A DNA stretch of 63,081 nucleotides, the filler included, from Octopus bimaculoides (Eukaryota): NCBI RefSeq assembly GCF_001194135.2. It is 4 parts of 4 records of this genome, joined end to end, with 100 filler letters (N's around TTAATTAATTAA, not from the genome) between each part and the next. Parts side by side here need not be neighbours in the genome. Positions count along the whole stretch, not along the records: positions 1 to 23,122 come from NC_068987.1; positions 23,223 to 43,074 come from NC_068984.1; 2 more parts are not named here. One strand, 5' to 3'. Shown in pieces: positions 12,760 to 26,162 of the stretch. The stretch's first letter is position 1, and every line of letters starts with the position of its first letter. The translations under genes and the position numbers were made by a program. The notes beneath the pieces are model-generated. The model ran no database searches. It was given only the letters and a program-made list of their open reading frames with translations, and was not told where the DNA came from.

Positions 12760-13500
12760 CTGTCATCCGTGAAGCAGAGAGCTGTGGAGAGACTCGTCTT
12801 AACAATCGAATCTACCCGCAAACATAGCAGGCCCGTCAATCTGGTCAGACGAAAAATGGGGATAGGCATGATGGTCAATCGAGAAATTATAACTCAGTCG
12901 ATACAGTGGTTCACCAATTTTAACCGACCTTCTAGGGACAGATTCCTCTCAGCCTGTATCTATGTAATCTGTAGCACAATACGTATCAAGTCGTTGTAGT
13001 TCCTATGCTCATAGATGCCCGGACGAGACAACACCCAAAATAGTTTAGCAGGTATGTTGATCAGCGCCCCGCAATGCTGTACACCAGCATCAACCAACCT
13101 CTTCAGACATCCGTCTGGAAATTCACCTACTATTCAGGATAGGCTCAGCCGATGCCACGACTTTGAACTTCTTCAGAATGGTGCGAAACGGCTTCATATC
13201 CGTGATATCCGACACTATTTTATTTTTATGGCTCCACAGTATGCCATTTCAAATCACAACAGTTCTACCTTTCGGAGTCGATATTTGGAGCTAATACACG
13301 CAAAAGAGGCGAGAAATGACATTTCTAACAATCCGAGCACAGGCGTGTTCCATGAAATAGATATTGACACAAATCTTTGGGCAGATAGTGCGGTACATTT
13401 CTCAACTCCACTCTCTAAAAACTAGACCAAAATAGAATACTTTGAGGACACTTGTCAAGTAGCTACGGTCGACCCCATGGAAAATTTCCGAGGGATCCAA
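12760..13500 (-). mobile_element. Degenerate Tx1/L1-clade RT fragment
   Basis: Minus strand QAERNLSLEGRLKLVNHCID*VIISRLTIMPIP and TILGVVSSGHL parallel the Tx1 post-RT segments seen at 47070-47250. Confidence 0.55.
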
Positions 13501-13589
13501 ATTGTTTTGTGTCCAACGAAGCCAGATACTTACTCACACTCTATGGTGTATCGCAAATACTATAAAAGTTGGCAAATACATTCATTGGA

Positions 13590-13900
13590 CAGTATGCAGA
13601 CATAAAAGTGTAGAGCATGTTTAAAAACCTGGTGTGAACACCACCCACAAAAGACAATTTTATGGAATATTACAGTACATACAGGCGGAACCATAAACGC
13701 CAATCGGATTGATATTATTGTCAGATACGAAAATATAACAATCCTACTTATTGACATGGCAATATAATCAGACAAAAGTGTATCTGCTAAAGAGCATGAC
13801 AAATTGACGAATAAAGATAGCATACAGCGATGATTAAAGAGGACAATGTGTCTAAAAATTGAGATGACAGACTGCTGGTAAAAACTGATCCAATAATTAA
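13590..13900 (+). mobile_element. Degenerate R4/Dong RLE fragment
   Basis: KTILWNITVHTGGTINANRIDIIVRYENITILLIDMAI*SDKSVSAKEHDK (ANRPDI...LID...KE motif). Confidence 0.7.
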
Positions 13901-13924
13901 TAGGCATCAATATATCGGCTGTCA

Positions 13925-14148
13925 AAAGGGCGGATATTTTGCCGAATCGTTAGAACGCCAGCCAAAATACTTAGCAGTATTTCGTCCCTCTTTACATTCT
14001 ATGAATTCAAATTCTGCCGAGGTCAACTTTGCCTTTTATCCTTTTGGGGTCGATAAAATAAGTACCAGTTGAATACTAGGGACAATGTAAACAACTTGCC
14101 CTTGCTTCTGAAATTATTGACCTTGTGCCAAAATTTTAAACCAATATT
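13925..14148 (+). mobile_element. SINE family A copy
   Basis: aattcaaattctgccgaggtcaactttgcc...gtcgataaaataagtaccagttg...cttgtgccaaaattt. Confidence 0.75.
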
Positions 14149-15519
14149 TCAGTTGTGAAGAAACCGTTAGAATTTTCTCGTTCAGACAAGCACCGAAATT
14201 ATTCACGTGTAAATTCCGAATTCCAGAATGTATTGTNNNNNNNNNNNNNNNNNNNNNNNNNNNNNNNNNNNNNNNNNNNNNNNNNNNNNNNNNNNNNNNN
14301 NNNNNNNNNNNNNNNNNNNNNNNNNNNNNNNNNNNNNNNNNNNNNNNNNNNNNNNNNNNNNNNNNNNNNNNNNNNNNNNNNNNNNNNNNNNNNNNNNNNN
14401 NNNNNNNNNNNNNNNNNNNNNNNNNNNNNNNNNNNNNNNNNNNNNNNNNNNNNNNNNNNNNNNNNNNNNNNNNNNNNNNNNNNNNNNNNNNNNNNNNNNN
14501 NNNNNNNNNNNNNNNNNNNNNNNNNNNNNNNNNNNNNNNNNNNNNNNNNNNNNNNNNNNNNNNNNNNNNNNNNNNNNNNNNNNNNNNNNNNNNNNNNNNN
14601 NNNNNNNNNNNNNNNNNNNNNNNNNNNNNNNNNNNNNNNNNNNNNNNNNNNNNNNNNNNNNNNNNNNNNNNNNNNNNNNNNNNNNNNNNNNNNNNNNNNN
14701 NNNNNNNNNNNNNNNNNNNNNNNNNNNNNNNNNNNNNNNNNNNNNNNNNNNNNNNNNNNNNNNNNNNNNNNNNNNNNNNNNNNNNNNNNNNNNNNNNNNN
14801 NNNNNNNNNNNNNNNNNNNNNNNNNNNNNNNNNNNNNNNNNNNNNNNNNNNNNNNNNNNNNNNNNNNNNNNNNNNNNNNNNNNNNNNNNNNNNNNNNNNN
14901 NNNNNNNNNNNNNNNNNNNNNNNNNNNNNNNNNNNNNNNNNNNNNNNNNNNNNNNNNNNNNNNNNNNNNNNNNNNNNNNNNNNNNNNNNNNNNNNNNNNN
15001 NNNNNNNNNNNNNNNNNNNNNNNNNNNNNNNNNNNNNNNNNNNNNNNNNNNNNNNNNNNNNNNNNNNNNNNNNNNNNNNNNNNNNNNNNNNNNNNNNNNN
15101 NNNNNNNNNNNNNNNNNNNNNNNNNNNNNNNNNNNNNNNNNNNNNNNNNNNNNNNNNNNNNNNNNNNNNNNNNNNNNNTATATATGGTTGGAACTTAAGA
15201 TAATTGTCTTACGCTAATTGTTCCGGTTCTTTAATTCTAAGTTCTAATTTCAAATCACTCCGTGGTCATCTTTGATTGTCATATCTGCGAGTTCGATAAA
15301 CTATAGAGCCACGGGTGACATAATCGAATAAACCTCGCCTTACAATTAAAGGTAAGCGGCTTTTTTAAAAAGCGGTTATTATGATCAATATTACCTGAGT
15401 TAAGTCTTGCCATGTAATGCTGGCATTTCACAGTATAATACGGCTATAAAAGCATATACAGTTAATTTAAATACAGTATATAAACATATATTTAAAAAAA
15501 ATAATAATGTATAAAATGG

Positions 15520-16400
15520 TATCTATTAAAGAAATCTCAAGCACTCCAAGGAGAAGAACATTTTTCAAATACCTAGATAACTCCCTTTTCCGGTGGAGGC
15601 AGGATATGTAAACCATTTTGCTTTCTCGGTCATCGTAGGTTTTTTGTACTATTTCCTTTGATGGTATTGTGGACAAGAATATTTTGTTTAATTCTGTTCG
15701 CGTTATCTGTGACCATTGGTATTCTCGAAACTGGTAAAAGTAGCTATAGCTTTTCGCATGTAAAGATTGCTTTTGTTGTTAGTGATGACTACAGAAAATG
15801 TTTCGTATGGTGTTTCTATCTAGAGAAAAACGGATTAAATTAACTTGTATTTAAACATGCACTGCAACAGGGCTTTCTCCTTAACATGACTACCCCAGTT
15901 GACTTCTGCCTTTCCGCCTAATTGGGATACAACTTCCAAATATATCTGCGGCTATTGAATAATGAATCGAAGTGATTGGTTCAACGTTCTGAACAAACTA
16001 TTATGCACAGCTTCCTCCAACAACTGCGTAAATGTGGAGACGTACAACTGTTGCATGTCCATATTGATATTCTGACTGTCTTCCTTGTATTTCTGAAGCC
16101 AAAATACCGTGGCAGTCATCTACAGGAAAACGTATGATGCATAAGGTTCCTGTACTTCCTTGCCGAATAAACGACCTTGAAGACAAAGTACACCTTTCTC
16201 TATGACTCGCCTTGTTCGATGGTGTACATGTCCTGCCTCACATCGGACGCAGTTTCCTCAAACTCCATTTTAGAATGCTTATGGAATTTCTCTTCCGTTG
16301 TGTTCCTAAAATCTAAAAGGAAAAGACAGAAATATTCCAACTTCTTTGTCAACTCAGTATCTTCGCCAACGATCGAGACACTGCTTTTCAAAATAAGTTG
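15520..16400 (-). mobile_element. Very degenerate RTE-like RT remnant
   Basis: Motif echoes in the right order across frames: YFCLFLLDFRN (DFEKAFD region), SFIRQGSTGTLCIIRFPVDD (VRQG...), YLKNVLLLGVLE (VKSVLLYGxE). Confidence 0.4.
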
Positions 16401-17249
16401 GTTAGTTAGCATTCTTAAATCTCGAGATGGCTCAAATCGAGCTGTTCCTTTTGACTCGCAATGTTTTGCAAAAGAGAGAATGTTGATGCTATTGAAGTAT
16501 CTTTGCTGTTCGTACTATTTCTTTTCCCCGTTAATTTTAAGATTTCCTACACTATTCCCGTTAGCGTCTTCAATTATTCAACTGTAAAGCTTAAGCCTGA
16601 AGCTCTATCTATATGCTTGTGCATCTTTTTTTTTCTTGAATTTCTATTTTACTTTTACAAATACTTAGAGTAGGCGTTTGAATGCGTTGTCGAATTTACT
16701 ATAGCCACTACAGTGACAAACACTTCTTCCAGCGAATTCAGAAGCTATTCGCAACAATAAATAATAAAACAAATGAATTTTCGCCAAAAAATATACAAAC
16801 AGTTAAAAATTTCTACTGATAAATATTCTACCCAAACAAATTATGTGGAGGCTCAAACAATCCACAAGAAAGACATATCTCAGCTTTATTCTCAAAATCA
16901 CTCATTGTCTGCAACGATTTGTAACTATTCCTATGGATATTTCTCATTCTCACCTCCCGAACTCTCCTTCTTTCACCCATGCTCTAAATTCTCACCTTTC
17001 CACACGTTCTTTTTCTTCTCCGTTCAATCTAATTCAGTCATTTTTATTCTCTCTTATTCAGTTTTTAGTTTCTTTATTACGTCTGTCCTACCTTAACTCT
17101 ATGCATTATCTTCTCCATCCAGGCTTTCTTTTCCCTCCATCCTTCATTCTATCTCTCCAGCATTCTTCCTATAATAAACCTTTACTGTTATTTTGTCTAA
17201 TAAACCTTTCTTCACCCCGAACCCTTCCTTCTTTCTGCTCTATTCCCAC

Positions 17250-17250
<1 letters not shown>

Positions 17251-17318
<68 letters not shown>
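17251..17318. repeat. (CT)n microsatellite
   Basis: Directly visible. Confidence 0.97.
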
Positions 17319-17322
<4 letters not shown>

Positions 17323-17526
17323 TTCCACCATCAGTAACCGTCCAACTGAAACGAATCCTTTAACAAGATGTTTAAAAGTATCTTTCGGTTGAGAGACATG
17401 CATATATAGAGAGAAACTGTAAAGTGGTACCAAAGATCCGGTGTCTTGGGAGGGCGTTTAATAGACTAACAGAAACTACAATACAATGAGAAGGTATCAC
17501 TACAGTTAGTACACAAATGTGCTGAA

Positions 17527-17561
<35 letters not shown>

Positions 17562-17609
17562 GCACTACTACTAAAACGGTAACAACTTCTAACTCTGCCG
17601 CTGCTTAGT

Positions 17610-18210
17610 TTGAGATGTTTACACTTTCATCACCTTCAAAGTATTCTATATTTGAAGTAATGCATTGGTCCGGGCGCATTTTCTACAGTTCGTTTTTTTT
17701 TCCTTTTTTTTTTATTCATCTCTTCAACATCTGCAAATTCCGTAGCACTGGCTTTCGTCACCAGTGATGACCTTCGAGAAAAAGGTCCGAATCAATTTCC
17801 TACTGTTCTTTCAGTTCACGACACGCATTTAGTTGTGACAGCTTTTGATCTTCCGTAAGCAAGCGAAGCACAAATTTTGCTGCAACTCTTTTCATTCGAA
17901 TTTCTTCTCTCAGAATACGTTGACAAGAGCTCCAGGACATATAAATCATATTCACAAGTTCGCCAATTGTTCAGTGATGGTCTCCCGAAGTCGGTTCATG
18001 AATTTTCATATTTTCAATCGACAGACGCCCATATCAAAGTTGGTCTTCAAGCGACAAGTGACTGTTCCTAAAGAATGAGAACCACTTGTAAACTTGTGTT
18101 TTGCTCGTGGCAGCGTCCTTGTAAGCTGTTTGAAGCATAACAACTCTTTCGACCGCCATTTCCCCAGCAGAAAACAGAATTTCACGGAAGTACGCTGTTC
18201 CATCAATGCA
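17610..18210 (-). mobile_element. Internally deleted mariner transposase
   Basis: N-terminus MMEQRTSVKFCFLLGK, first catalytic motif FFSKVITGDESQCY, C-terminus DQCITSNIEYFEGD. Confidence 0.8.
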
Positions 18211-18409
18211 GAAATCGATGAAGAGTGGAAAGGTACTGCAAAAAAAAAAAATGCATCACGTGGCAGTACAATTTCACTCGACGACGGTCGGCATACTGAA
18301 GTTTGAGGGTCGTATCAAGTGACTTCTAGCGTTGGAAGTCTGAATTACAACGGTATTATCCCACAGAGAACGTTTCCGGTTACTTTTCGATACCTCCTCA
18401 CATATACCT

Positions 18410-18785
18410 ATTAAGAAGCTTACTTACCAACCCCATGGTTCTGCGTTCATTCCCACTACTTGACACCTTGTACAAGTGTCTTCTACTATAGTCTCGAGTC
18501 GACCAAAGCCTTGTGAGTACATTTGGTAGATGGAAAATGAAAGAAGCCCGTCTTATATGTATAAATATGTTTGTGCATGTGTGTTTGTGTCTGTCCTCTC
18601 ATCATTGCTTGACACTCGATGTTGGTGTGTTTACGTCAACGTAAGAGGTGATTCAGCAAAAGAACCCGATAGAATAAGTAATAGGTGTACATAGAATAAG
18701 TACTGAGACTAACTTCGTCGACTAAAACACTTTAAGGCGGTGCCCCAGCATGGCTGCAGTGAAATGACTGAGACAGATATGTAAC
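18410..18785 (+). mobile_element. Near full-length SINE family B (tRNA-like head, CORE-like segment, GT microsatellite, tail)
   Basis: ggttctgcgttcattcccact...caccttgtacaagtgtcttctactatag...gaccaaagccttgtgag...gatagaataagta...cccagcatggctgcagtgaaatgactga. Confidence 0.8.
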
Positions 18786-18844
18786 AATAAATATTGTATT
18801 AAACGGTTTGTCATTTATGTACAATGCCGTCAGTGTTGATAGAA

Positions 18845-19020
18845 GGAACTAGTTGAAGCCATCGACCCACGTACTTGACAATTTCTCTATTTTATTGATA
18901 CTAATGGATGAAACAAGGTTGATTTCAGTGGAATTTGAACTAAGAACATAAAGTATCTGAAAAAATACTGCTATATATATTTACCAATGCTCTTACGATT
19001 CTGCCACCGCGCAGCCTGCG
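18845..19020 (-). mobile_element. SINE family A-like copy
   Basis: Reverse complement contains gttcttagttcaaattccactgaaatcaacc and tcaagtacgtgggtcgat. Confidence 0.55.
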
Positions 19021-19830
19021 AAGTGCTATTGAATATACAAGTGCTATGTAGCTTCAATTAAAGAAGCTACATCCAAGAAACGTTGCACACCATGCATGCA
19101 ATTGCCAAGAAGTGCTTTATCGGTAGAAAACATGACAGGATGAAAAGAGAAAAAGTAAGAATCCCCCCCCCCCCCGAAAAAACAAAATCATTCTCAATTA
19201 AATGTTCGTTCTGTTTGTCCATGTGATTTTTTAAATCGAAAGAAAGGTAGAGAGATGCATACATGCGTGGGCGCTCGTTATTGTTAGTTATAAAGTGGTA
19301 GATATACATGCATACATGCATGCATACAAAGATACATACAACCATACATACATACAAACATACATACATACATACATAAATGCATAGAGAAAGAAGGCAT
19401 TTCGGATCATTAATAATTCATGCGGAACAAATGATCACAATATCTGGAACTGTAAAAAGACCATTTTAAGATTTAAAAGATGACGATTAAATCAAGATGC
19501 TTTCTTCCACTACCTTGCTACCAAGCCGGTGGCCAGTCAAAGTCTACACTAAATTTTAAAATAGTACACATAAACATGCACACAAATGCTCAGATATACG
19601 TATACACGTACACAGCCGTGAGTATGTGTGTTTGTGTGTGTATCTTGAAATAAGGTTAATTTAAGCATATTTGAAAAAGACAGAACATTTACTGGTCACA
19701 TGACTCTGTAATCACAGTATTCTAAAAATCAGGTTGATGATGAATCTAAGTTTCTCCTATGGACGTGGTCAACCGGACTAGCAAGAAGCCGCTAAATAAA
19801 ATATGAAGTTACAATCGACGTCAGTTGCAA

Positions 19831-19880
<50 letters not shown>

Positions 19881-20109
19881 AATACACACGCTCATTCACT
19901 TCTTCCACATGCGTGTGTGTGTTCAGGGGCAGTGTGCAAAAAAGTTAGATCATCAGAAGAATTGATGTCGGAATATGTAGTTTGATAGAAAACAGATAGA
20001 TCGATAGTTAAATGGGCAGGGCAGGGAGAAAGGTTAACAGTAAGGGAATAAGAAATGAACTGTGAAGAGACAAATAATAATATTCGATTTTTCTGAGACC
20101 TTGTACTGG

Positions 20110-20270
20110 AAAATTAGGGTGAAATGCTTAGCGGCATTTCGTCCATTTTTACTTTCTGACCAACATACTCAGCTTTACCGTTTATCCATTTGTGGTCGAT
20201 AAAATAAGTACCGACGTACAACGTCCCTCAACGTTGCTAGCCTTGTGCCAAAATTTGAAACTAATATTAC
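20110..20270 (+). mobile_element. SINE family A, 5'-truncated copy
   Basis: gaaatgcttagcggcatttcgtcc...gtcgataaaataagtacc...ttgtgccaaaatttgaaac. Confidence 0.7.
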
Positions 20271-21451
20271 GATCCTCTGCATTCGTACGTCAAGCACCAT
20301 GACTCCTCTTTCAACTGCAGTGGTTCTGATGACAATAAGTCATCATTACATAATACACGAAATAGTCTATCACTTTAAAACCACGTGAATTAATCTAAAT
20401 ATGATGGTTATATTACCTGTACATGTATCTATATATGCTATAATCATGTAGAAAACAGTTTGTTTTGTATTTTTCTAACACAACGTTATTACTTTTCAAA
20501 TAAGTTTTTAGAAACATTTCTATTTCAAAAGAATTCCCGCCTATTATATTTTTTATCGAAGCAAATGTTCAAGTGTCTTGTTATATATATCCAGTACTTA
20601 CAAACATTTGTACTTTGTTTATGCATTTATTTCTTTGGTGGAGGGTGAGTTACGTAGGTACAGAGAAGCTAAACACATCTTATTCCATTTATCCTTGAGA
20701 AACAGAAATGCATTTGAGAGCACATACACGCACACACAACACATACTCACACAAACAAACACACGCAACACACGCGCACTCACACGCGCACGCACACACA
20801 CACACACACACACGCACCGCACATACGCACACACAAAATAACACACACAGACACACAAACACGCACGCATGGGAACAAATACGAGTAATAGAGTTTATTG
20901 TAGGCTAGGAATTTATCTCTTCTCCCTCATTGATCAAAATATTAGGCTTTAATATATGCTAGCATAAAATATTTACAAGATATATGTATTAGAATGAGAC
21001 TTCCACCATTGTGTGTTTATACAGTATCTAACACAGTCTGAGATGAGCCACAACTAAATAAAAATAAGATCAGTAATGAGTAAGTAGAACGTGGGCTTGA
21101 ACTGGATACTCCTACGTTTCAGTATTCGGTAACTCGCGATCACACTCTGTAAATTCGATGGATAGTTGCAGCTGATATAGGCAGCACGCATAAGCAAACA
21201 TTTCGACAAACGTACAATAAAGGAAATTAAATAGCTGAGAGATAGAAATCTAGAAAGGAGGGTAGAAGGGGAGGAAGTTAGATTGGATCACGAATCCCAC
21301 AACAATAAATGCGAATGTGGATCGGTAATGGTAAGAATCGAGGTTAACTGCTGACCAGATTTTGGAGACATTGATCACTCTTAGGTGACCTTTTGATAGG
21401 GGGGATGGACGAGCGTGTAGACAACCTTTGAGATGTCCGGCAATTTGGGTG

Positions 21452-21580
<129 letters not shown>

Positions 21581-21649
21581 CACCCCCATACACACACATA
21601 GTACAAATATTCAGGAAACAAAAGACGATGAAAGATGTAGGAACAGTAA

Positions 21650-22620
21650 GCAGTATTATTATTTTAACGCTCGAGAAAAATTGAAAAGTTTTTTCGTCTC
21701 GAGCCTACGCTTTTCGGCAGAAAAGATTAAGAGGACAAAAATGGAGAGTGAATGAAAAAAACAATGGAGAGAGAAAACATGTGCAGAGTTCCACGGTCCC
21801 AAATGGCGAGAGAAAAGTGAGATGACTATATCTATATATATATATATATATNNNNNNNNNNNNNNNNNNNNNNNNNNNNNNNNNNNNNNNNNNNNNNNNN
21901 NNNNNNNNNNNNNNNNNNNNNNNNNNNNNNNNNNNNNNNNNNNNNNNNNNNNNNNNNNNNNNNNNNNNNNNNNNNNNNNNNNNNNNNNNNNNNNNNNNNN
22001 NNNNNNNNNNNNNNNNNNNNNNNNNNNNNNNNNNNNNNNNNNNNNNNNNNNNNNNNNNNNNNNNNNNNNNNNNNNNNNNNNNNNNNNNNNNNNNNNNNNT
22101 ATATATATATACAGGGAGAATTCACAAGAAAAAAAAACAACATTCGAAGACAGGTGGTGTAGAAAACAAACAGATGTATTAGTATAACGCTTGGAAATAG
22201 AAAAAGTATTTAACGTATCGAGCTTACGCTCTTTCACTGAAAGGAACACAGATAGAAACAAGGAGAGAAAAAAAATGTGTGTAGTGGTTAGCAAGCTATC
22301 ATGGCGAATGCGGGACAGAAGGTTCAAACAGGAGAGTTAAGAAGAAGGGGAGATAACAAAGTGGTAGTGATGCCAAAACGAAGGTGCACGTGTGTAAGAG
22401 AGTGCTGGTGATCTTGACGGGTACATGTGTGTATGTGTGAAAATGTGCGAATAGGAATTGGTCAGTGCTGGTGTGTGCATGGTGGTGTGTTGTGATGTGA
22501 AGTGTTGTGTGGTATGGTGTAGCGTGGTGTGGTATGATGGTGTTGGGAGGTGGGGGTGGCTAGAGTGGGGAAAGCACTGCGGGGTATAAGTTAGGCTGAT
22601 ACATACATACATACATACAT
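21650..22620 (-). mobile_element. Penelope-type pseudo-LTR tandem remnant spanning a gap
   Basis: Two related segments (about 21660-21830 and 22180-22300) each carry a degenerate hammerhead-like AGC-GTAR-GCTC-GAxA-CG on the minus strand. 22330-22480 resembles 60030-60150. Confidence 0.5.
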
Positions 22621-23122
22621 ACAAACATATTCTACGTTAGATGAAGAAATAAGGATGAGTGGAAATTTTGTAAATAACAATAATTATAAACTTTAAGCTT
22701 ATAAGGCTTCAACGTGTATTGGTCAAAGAAAATAGTCTAATATTGGGGCATATAAGACCTCGAGGAAAACTATAGGTGTACAAATACCTATTTTCTTCGG
22801 CGATGATAGATATGCCCCATTATTAAACTATAACCTATAGCCAATACACGATGAACACTTGCAAGATTAAAGCTAATCGCTATTATTTACAGAAGATACA
22901 TACATACATACATGCACGCGCGCGCGCACACACACACACACACACAAGCACATACACATATGTACATAGATAAATAGTTAGATAGATAAATAGGTACATA
23001 CATACGTACATGCATACATATACAGACGTGCACACTCATATCTAAACTTACATATGCATATACATATATATATATATATTTATATACATACATACATGCA
23101 TATATATATATATATATATATA

Positions 23123-23222
23123 NNNNNNNNNNNNNNNNNNNNNNNNNNNNNNNNNNNNNNNNNNNNTTAATTAATTAANNNNNNNNNNNNNNNNNNNNNN
23201 NNNNNNNNNNNNNNNNNNNNNN
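23123..23222. other. Artificial 100-bp scaffold join (44 N, TTAATTAATTAA, 44 N)
   Basis: Identical construct at 43075-43174 and 61054-61153. Confidence 0.95.
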
Positions 23223-23223
23223 G

Positions 23224-23450
23224 GCACATAAAAGACACCATTTCGAGCGTGGCCGTTTTCGTGCGGGTGACACGTAAAAGCACCCACTACACTCTCTGAG
23301 TGGTTGGCGTTAGGAAGGGCATCCAGCTGTAGAAACTCTGCCAAATTAGACTGGAGCCTGGTGTTGCCATCCGGTTTCACCAGTCCTCAGTCAAATCGTC
23401 CAACCCATGCTAGCATGGAAAGCGGACGTTAAACGATGGTGATGATGATG
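23224..23450 (+). mobile_element. RTE 3'-UTR-type repeat (family C) with (GAT)n end
   Basis: cacgtaaaagcacccactacactctctgagtggttggcgttaggaagggcatccagctgtagaaactctgcc...caacccatgctagcatggaaagcggacgttaaacgat, matching the RTE 3' UTR at 38990-39310. Confidence 0.85.
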
Positions 23451-23454
23451 TGTG

Positions 23455-23760
23455 TGCGTGTGTATATGTTTGTATGTCTGTGTTTGTTTTCCCAACATCG
23501 CTTGACAACCATCGCTTGAACTTAGCGGTTCGGCAAAAGAGACCGATAGAATAAGTACTAGGCTTCCAAAGAATAAGTCCTGGGGTCGATTTGTTCGACT
23601 AAAGGTGGTGCTCCAGCATGACCGCAGTCAAATGACTGAAACAAGTAAAAGAGTAAAGAGTAAATACCAGAGTTGATTCATTTAACTAAAAATTCTTCAA
23701 GATGGTGCCCCAGCATGACCACAATCTAATGACTGAGCAAATAAAAGGATAAAAGATATA
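23455..23760 (+). mobile_element. SINE family B 3' half plus a second short tail copy
   Basis: catcgcttgacaacc...aagaataagtcctggggtcgat...ctccagcatgaccgcagtcaaatgactgaaacaagtaaaagag. Confidence 0.8.
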
Positions 23761-24844
23761 TAGAATGCTGATCATGGCTCTTCTTCTCCCAGATCGATCG
23801 CTGCGGTTTGACTTCTGTTGTGTTGACTAGGACAGAGAGAAAGAAAAAAAAAAAGAAGCAATAAAATTGATTCTCTTTTTCTCTCTCATCAAGAATTTTT
23901 GATCATCTGTATCACAGTATATCAGGAATCTAGGCTCATCGTAACCATATTAGGCCAGTTAATTAATAGCATTGTAACAGACATTGTAATAATGAAGTCT
24001 TGCTAATTATATTATCTCTCCTGTTTTCTAGACATATTTCTGTACATGTTTAATTATCAACCGATTTCTGCATTTCAAATGATTCCAGCAAAGGTTTTAG
24101 TCTACAACGTTTGTGCATTGGGTGTTTGCTCATATAACAGATCTGCCAATTTCCGTTATATCTGAAGTAAATAACTAAATTTATGTTATATAAGTACATG
24201 CTAACGAACAAGAAAGAGGAACTTGTCTGTGGTTTAGCAGTTCTGGAACTTTCTATGTAAATCCGAGAAATATTTTGTGACTTGTCTTCACGACTTTGAG
24301 TGTGTTCGTGTGGCAAGTTATCAAATCTTTTATTTGATTCAGTCATTAGACTGTGGCCATGCTGGGGCACCACTTTGTAGGATTTAGTTGAACAAATCCA
24401 CTCCTGTACTTATTTTTTTAAAGTCTGATACTTGTGAGTCATATTTTTTTTTTCTTTTCTGCAAACCATTAAGTTACACGAACGTAAACAAACCAAGATT
24501 GGTTCTCAAGCAGTGTGGACACACACACACACGTAAGAATTTAGAAACTTCAAGAGGCATTTAATAATTCACTTTTGTTGGTGGAGCTTGAAGTAGACAA
24601 AGCTATAAGTGGTAACATGTAGGATATTGGGTTAAAAAAAATTGAAGGTTGCCCATGCTAGAATATCTGTTATATTTACAGAAGATGTGGGATTGTGACT
24701 TACAGGCAGCCTTCAACTTTTTCTATCCAAGGTTTTTGTAACCCAGTATTTACGTACAATTTATAGCTTTATCATCTTTGAGTTCCACTAATAAAAAGAA
24801 CCCCAATTGTATGTATATATATATATATAATCATCATTGTTTAA

Positions 24845-25304
24845 CCCTTTTGATACCAACCCGACTGAAACCACCTCTGGCTCTATAATACAAATGTCTT
24901 GTTTTCAAAAGTTCTGAATTAAAATCTTCCATCAAACCTTAGTTACAATTTATGTTCCTAACACTGGCTTAATGATAACTAAGTTATTTTACTAAATTCT
25001 TTGTTATATTTAAAGTAATTGAAAGAAACAGAACATTTCAACAGAAATATGGTAACAAAAGGGTTAACAAATAATAAATTTAACTGTTTGATACCAACCC
25101 AACTGAAACCACCTCTGGCTCTGTAGTACAAATGTCTTGTTTTCATAAGTTTTGAATTAAAATCTTCCACCAAACCTTAGTCTCAATTTATCTTCCTAAC
25201 ACTAGCTGAATGATAATTAAGTTATTTTACAAAATTCTTTGTTATATTTAAAATTAATTGAAAGAAACACAGAGCATCTCCACTGAAATATGGTAACAAA
25301 AGGG
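24845..25304 (+). mobile_element. Dimer of about 220-bp piggyBac-type MITEs (24845-25063 and 25084-25304)
   Basis: Termini TTAA-CCCTTTTG...CAAAAGGG-TTAA (left end of the second unit is mutated). 12-bp spacer caaataataaat. Confidence 0.85.
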
Positions 25305-25309
25305 TTAAT

Positions 25310-25500
25310 ATCTGTTCTCGATGCGGGTATGGGTTGGACAGTTTGACAGGAACTGGCCAGATGGAGACCTGTACCAGGCTTCGACTGTCTGTTTTAGCTT
25401 GGTTTTTACAGTTGGATGCCTTTCCTAATGCTAACTACTGGGTGCTTTTTACATGTGTACTGGGTGCTTTTTACATGACACCAGCACAGATGCTTTTAGT
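25310..25500 (-). mobile_element. RTE 3'-UTR-type repeat (family C)
   Basis: gggttggacagtttgac...gtaccaggct...acagttggatgcctttcctaatgctaac...gggtgctttttacatg. Confidence 0.7.
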
Positions 25501-25519
25501 GACACTGTCATATATATAC

Positions 25520-25675
25520 ATGTATGCACGGCTTCCCCATAGTTTCCTTCAACCAAATTCACTCACAAGGCATTGGTTAGCCAGGGCTCATGCAGAAGAC
25601 ACTTGTCCAGTGGGGTTGAAACCCAAACCACATGGTTGCAAAGTGAGCTTCTTGACCACATACCCATACCTACAC
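25520..25675 (-). mobile_element. SINE family B 5' half
   Basis: accaaattcactcacaaggc...agaagacacttgtcc...ttgaaacccaaaccacatggttgc. Confidence 0.7.
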
Positions 25676-26162
25676 CTGTGCATTTATTTCGAGACTGTTC
25701 AATCCAGTGGAATCTATTTATGACACTTCACTTAAATGTCTTAAATGTCAAGAACTGACAGAGAAAACAGCTTCTGAATTATATTCTGTAAATCATAACA
25801 AGCAATAAGTCTGGCTTTGTTTCTTCAAATGCGAAGGAAGCTTCTTGAAAATATTGGTGACTGACTGTTGTTGTTGTTGTTGTTGGTGTTGCTGTTGTTC
25901 TTTATAGCCTCACTTAAGAGGAAGAAGTTGCATCGCACATCTTTGTTATTATTGTCTATAATATCATTTAGCGCTGAGAAACTGCATCAGACATCTCTTG
26001 GATTTGCTGTAAATGTGGCTGTTGTTGATGGTGTTTTAGAATGACTACATGAAATGTTGCATTTGCCAAATATCGGTTGCCACATCATTTAACCAGCAAT
26101 GGAAGAGATTTTACTCAATCGTTTTATCAACAGTCTTTAATATTCCACTTAACATATAAAAT

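Noticed and set aside
11250-15217. Long X-filled ORFs (also near 47.3-48.2, 51.8-52.6, 59.0-60.0 and 62.0-62.8 kb)
   Set aside because: Artefacts of reading through N gaps.
15658-15843. Hydrophobic 61-aa ORF as a membrane-protein exon
   Set aside because: No family motif or convincing splice sites; it overlaps the antisense of a probable decayed RTE.
21085-21155. tRNA gene on the minus strand, and tRNA-like SINE heads generally
   Set aside because: A box-B-like GTTCAAGCCC is present but no complete cloverleaf; treated as SINE-head debris.
23167-23178. TTAATTAATTAA as a conserved biological element or piggyBac site
   Set aside because: Always centred in exactly 44+44 Ns: an assembly spacer.
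26069-26080. NIGC as the missing upstream SUCLG2 exon (DGNIGC)
   Set aside because: There is no LNYI/LDG context, an in-frame stop lies just upstream, and no phase-1 donor follows.
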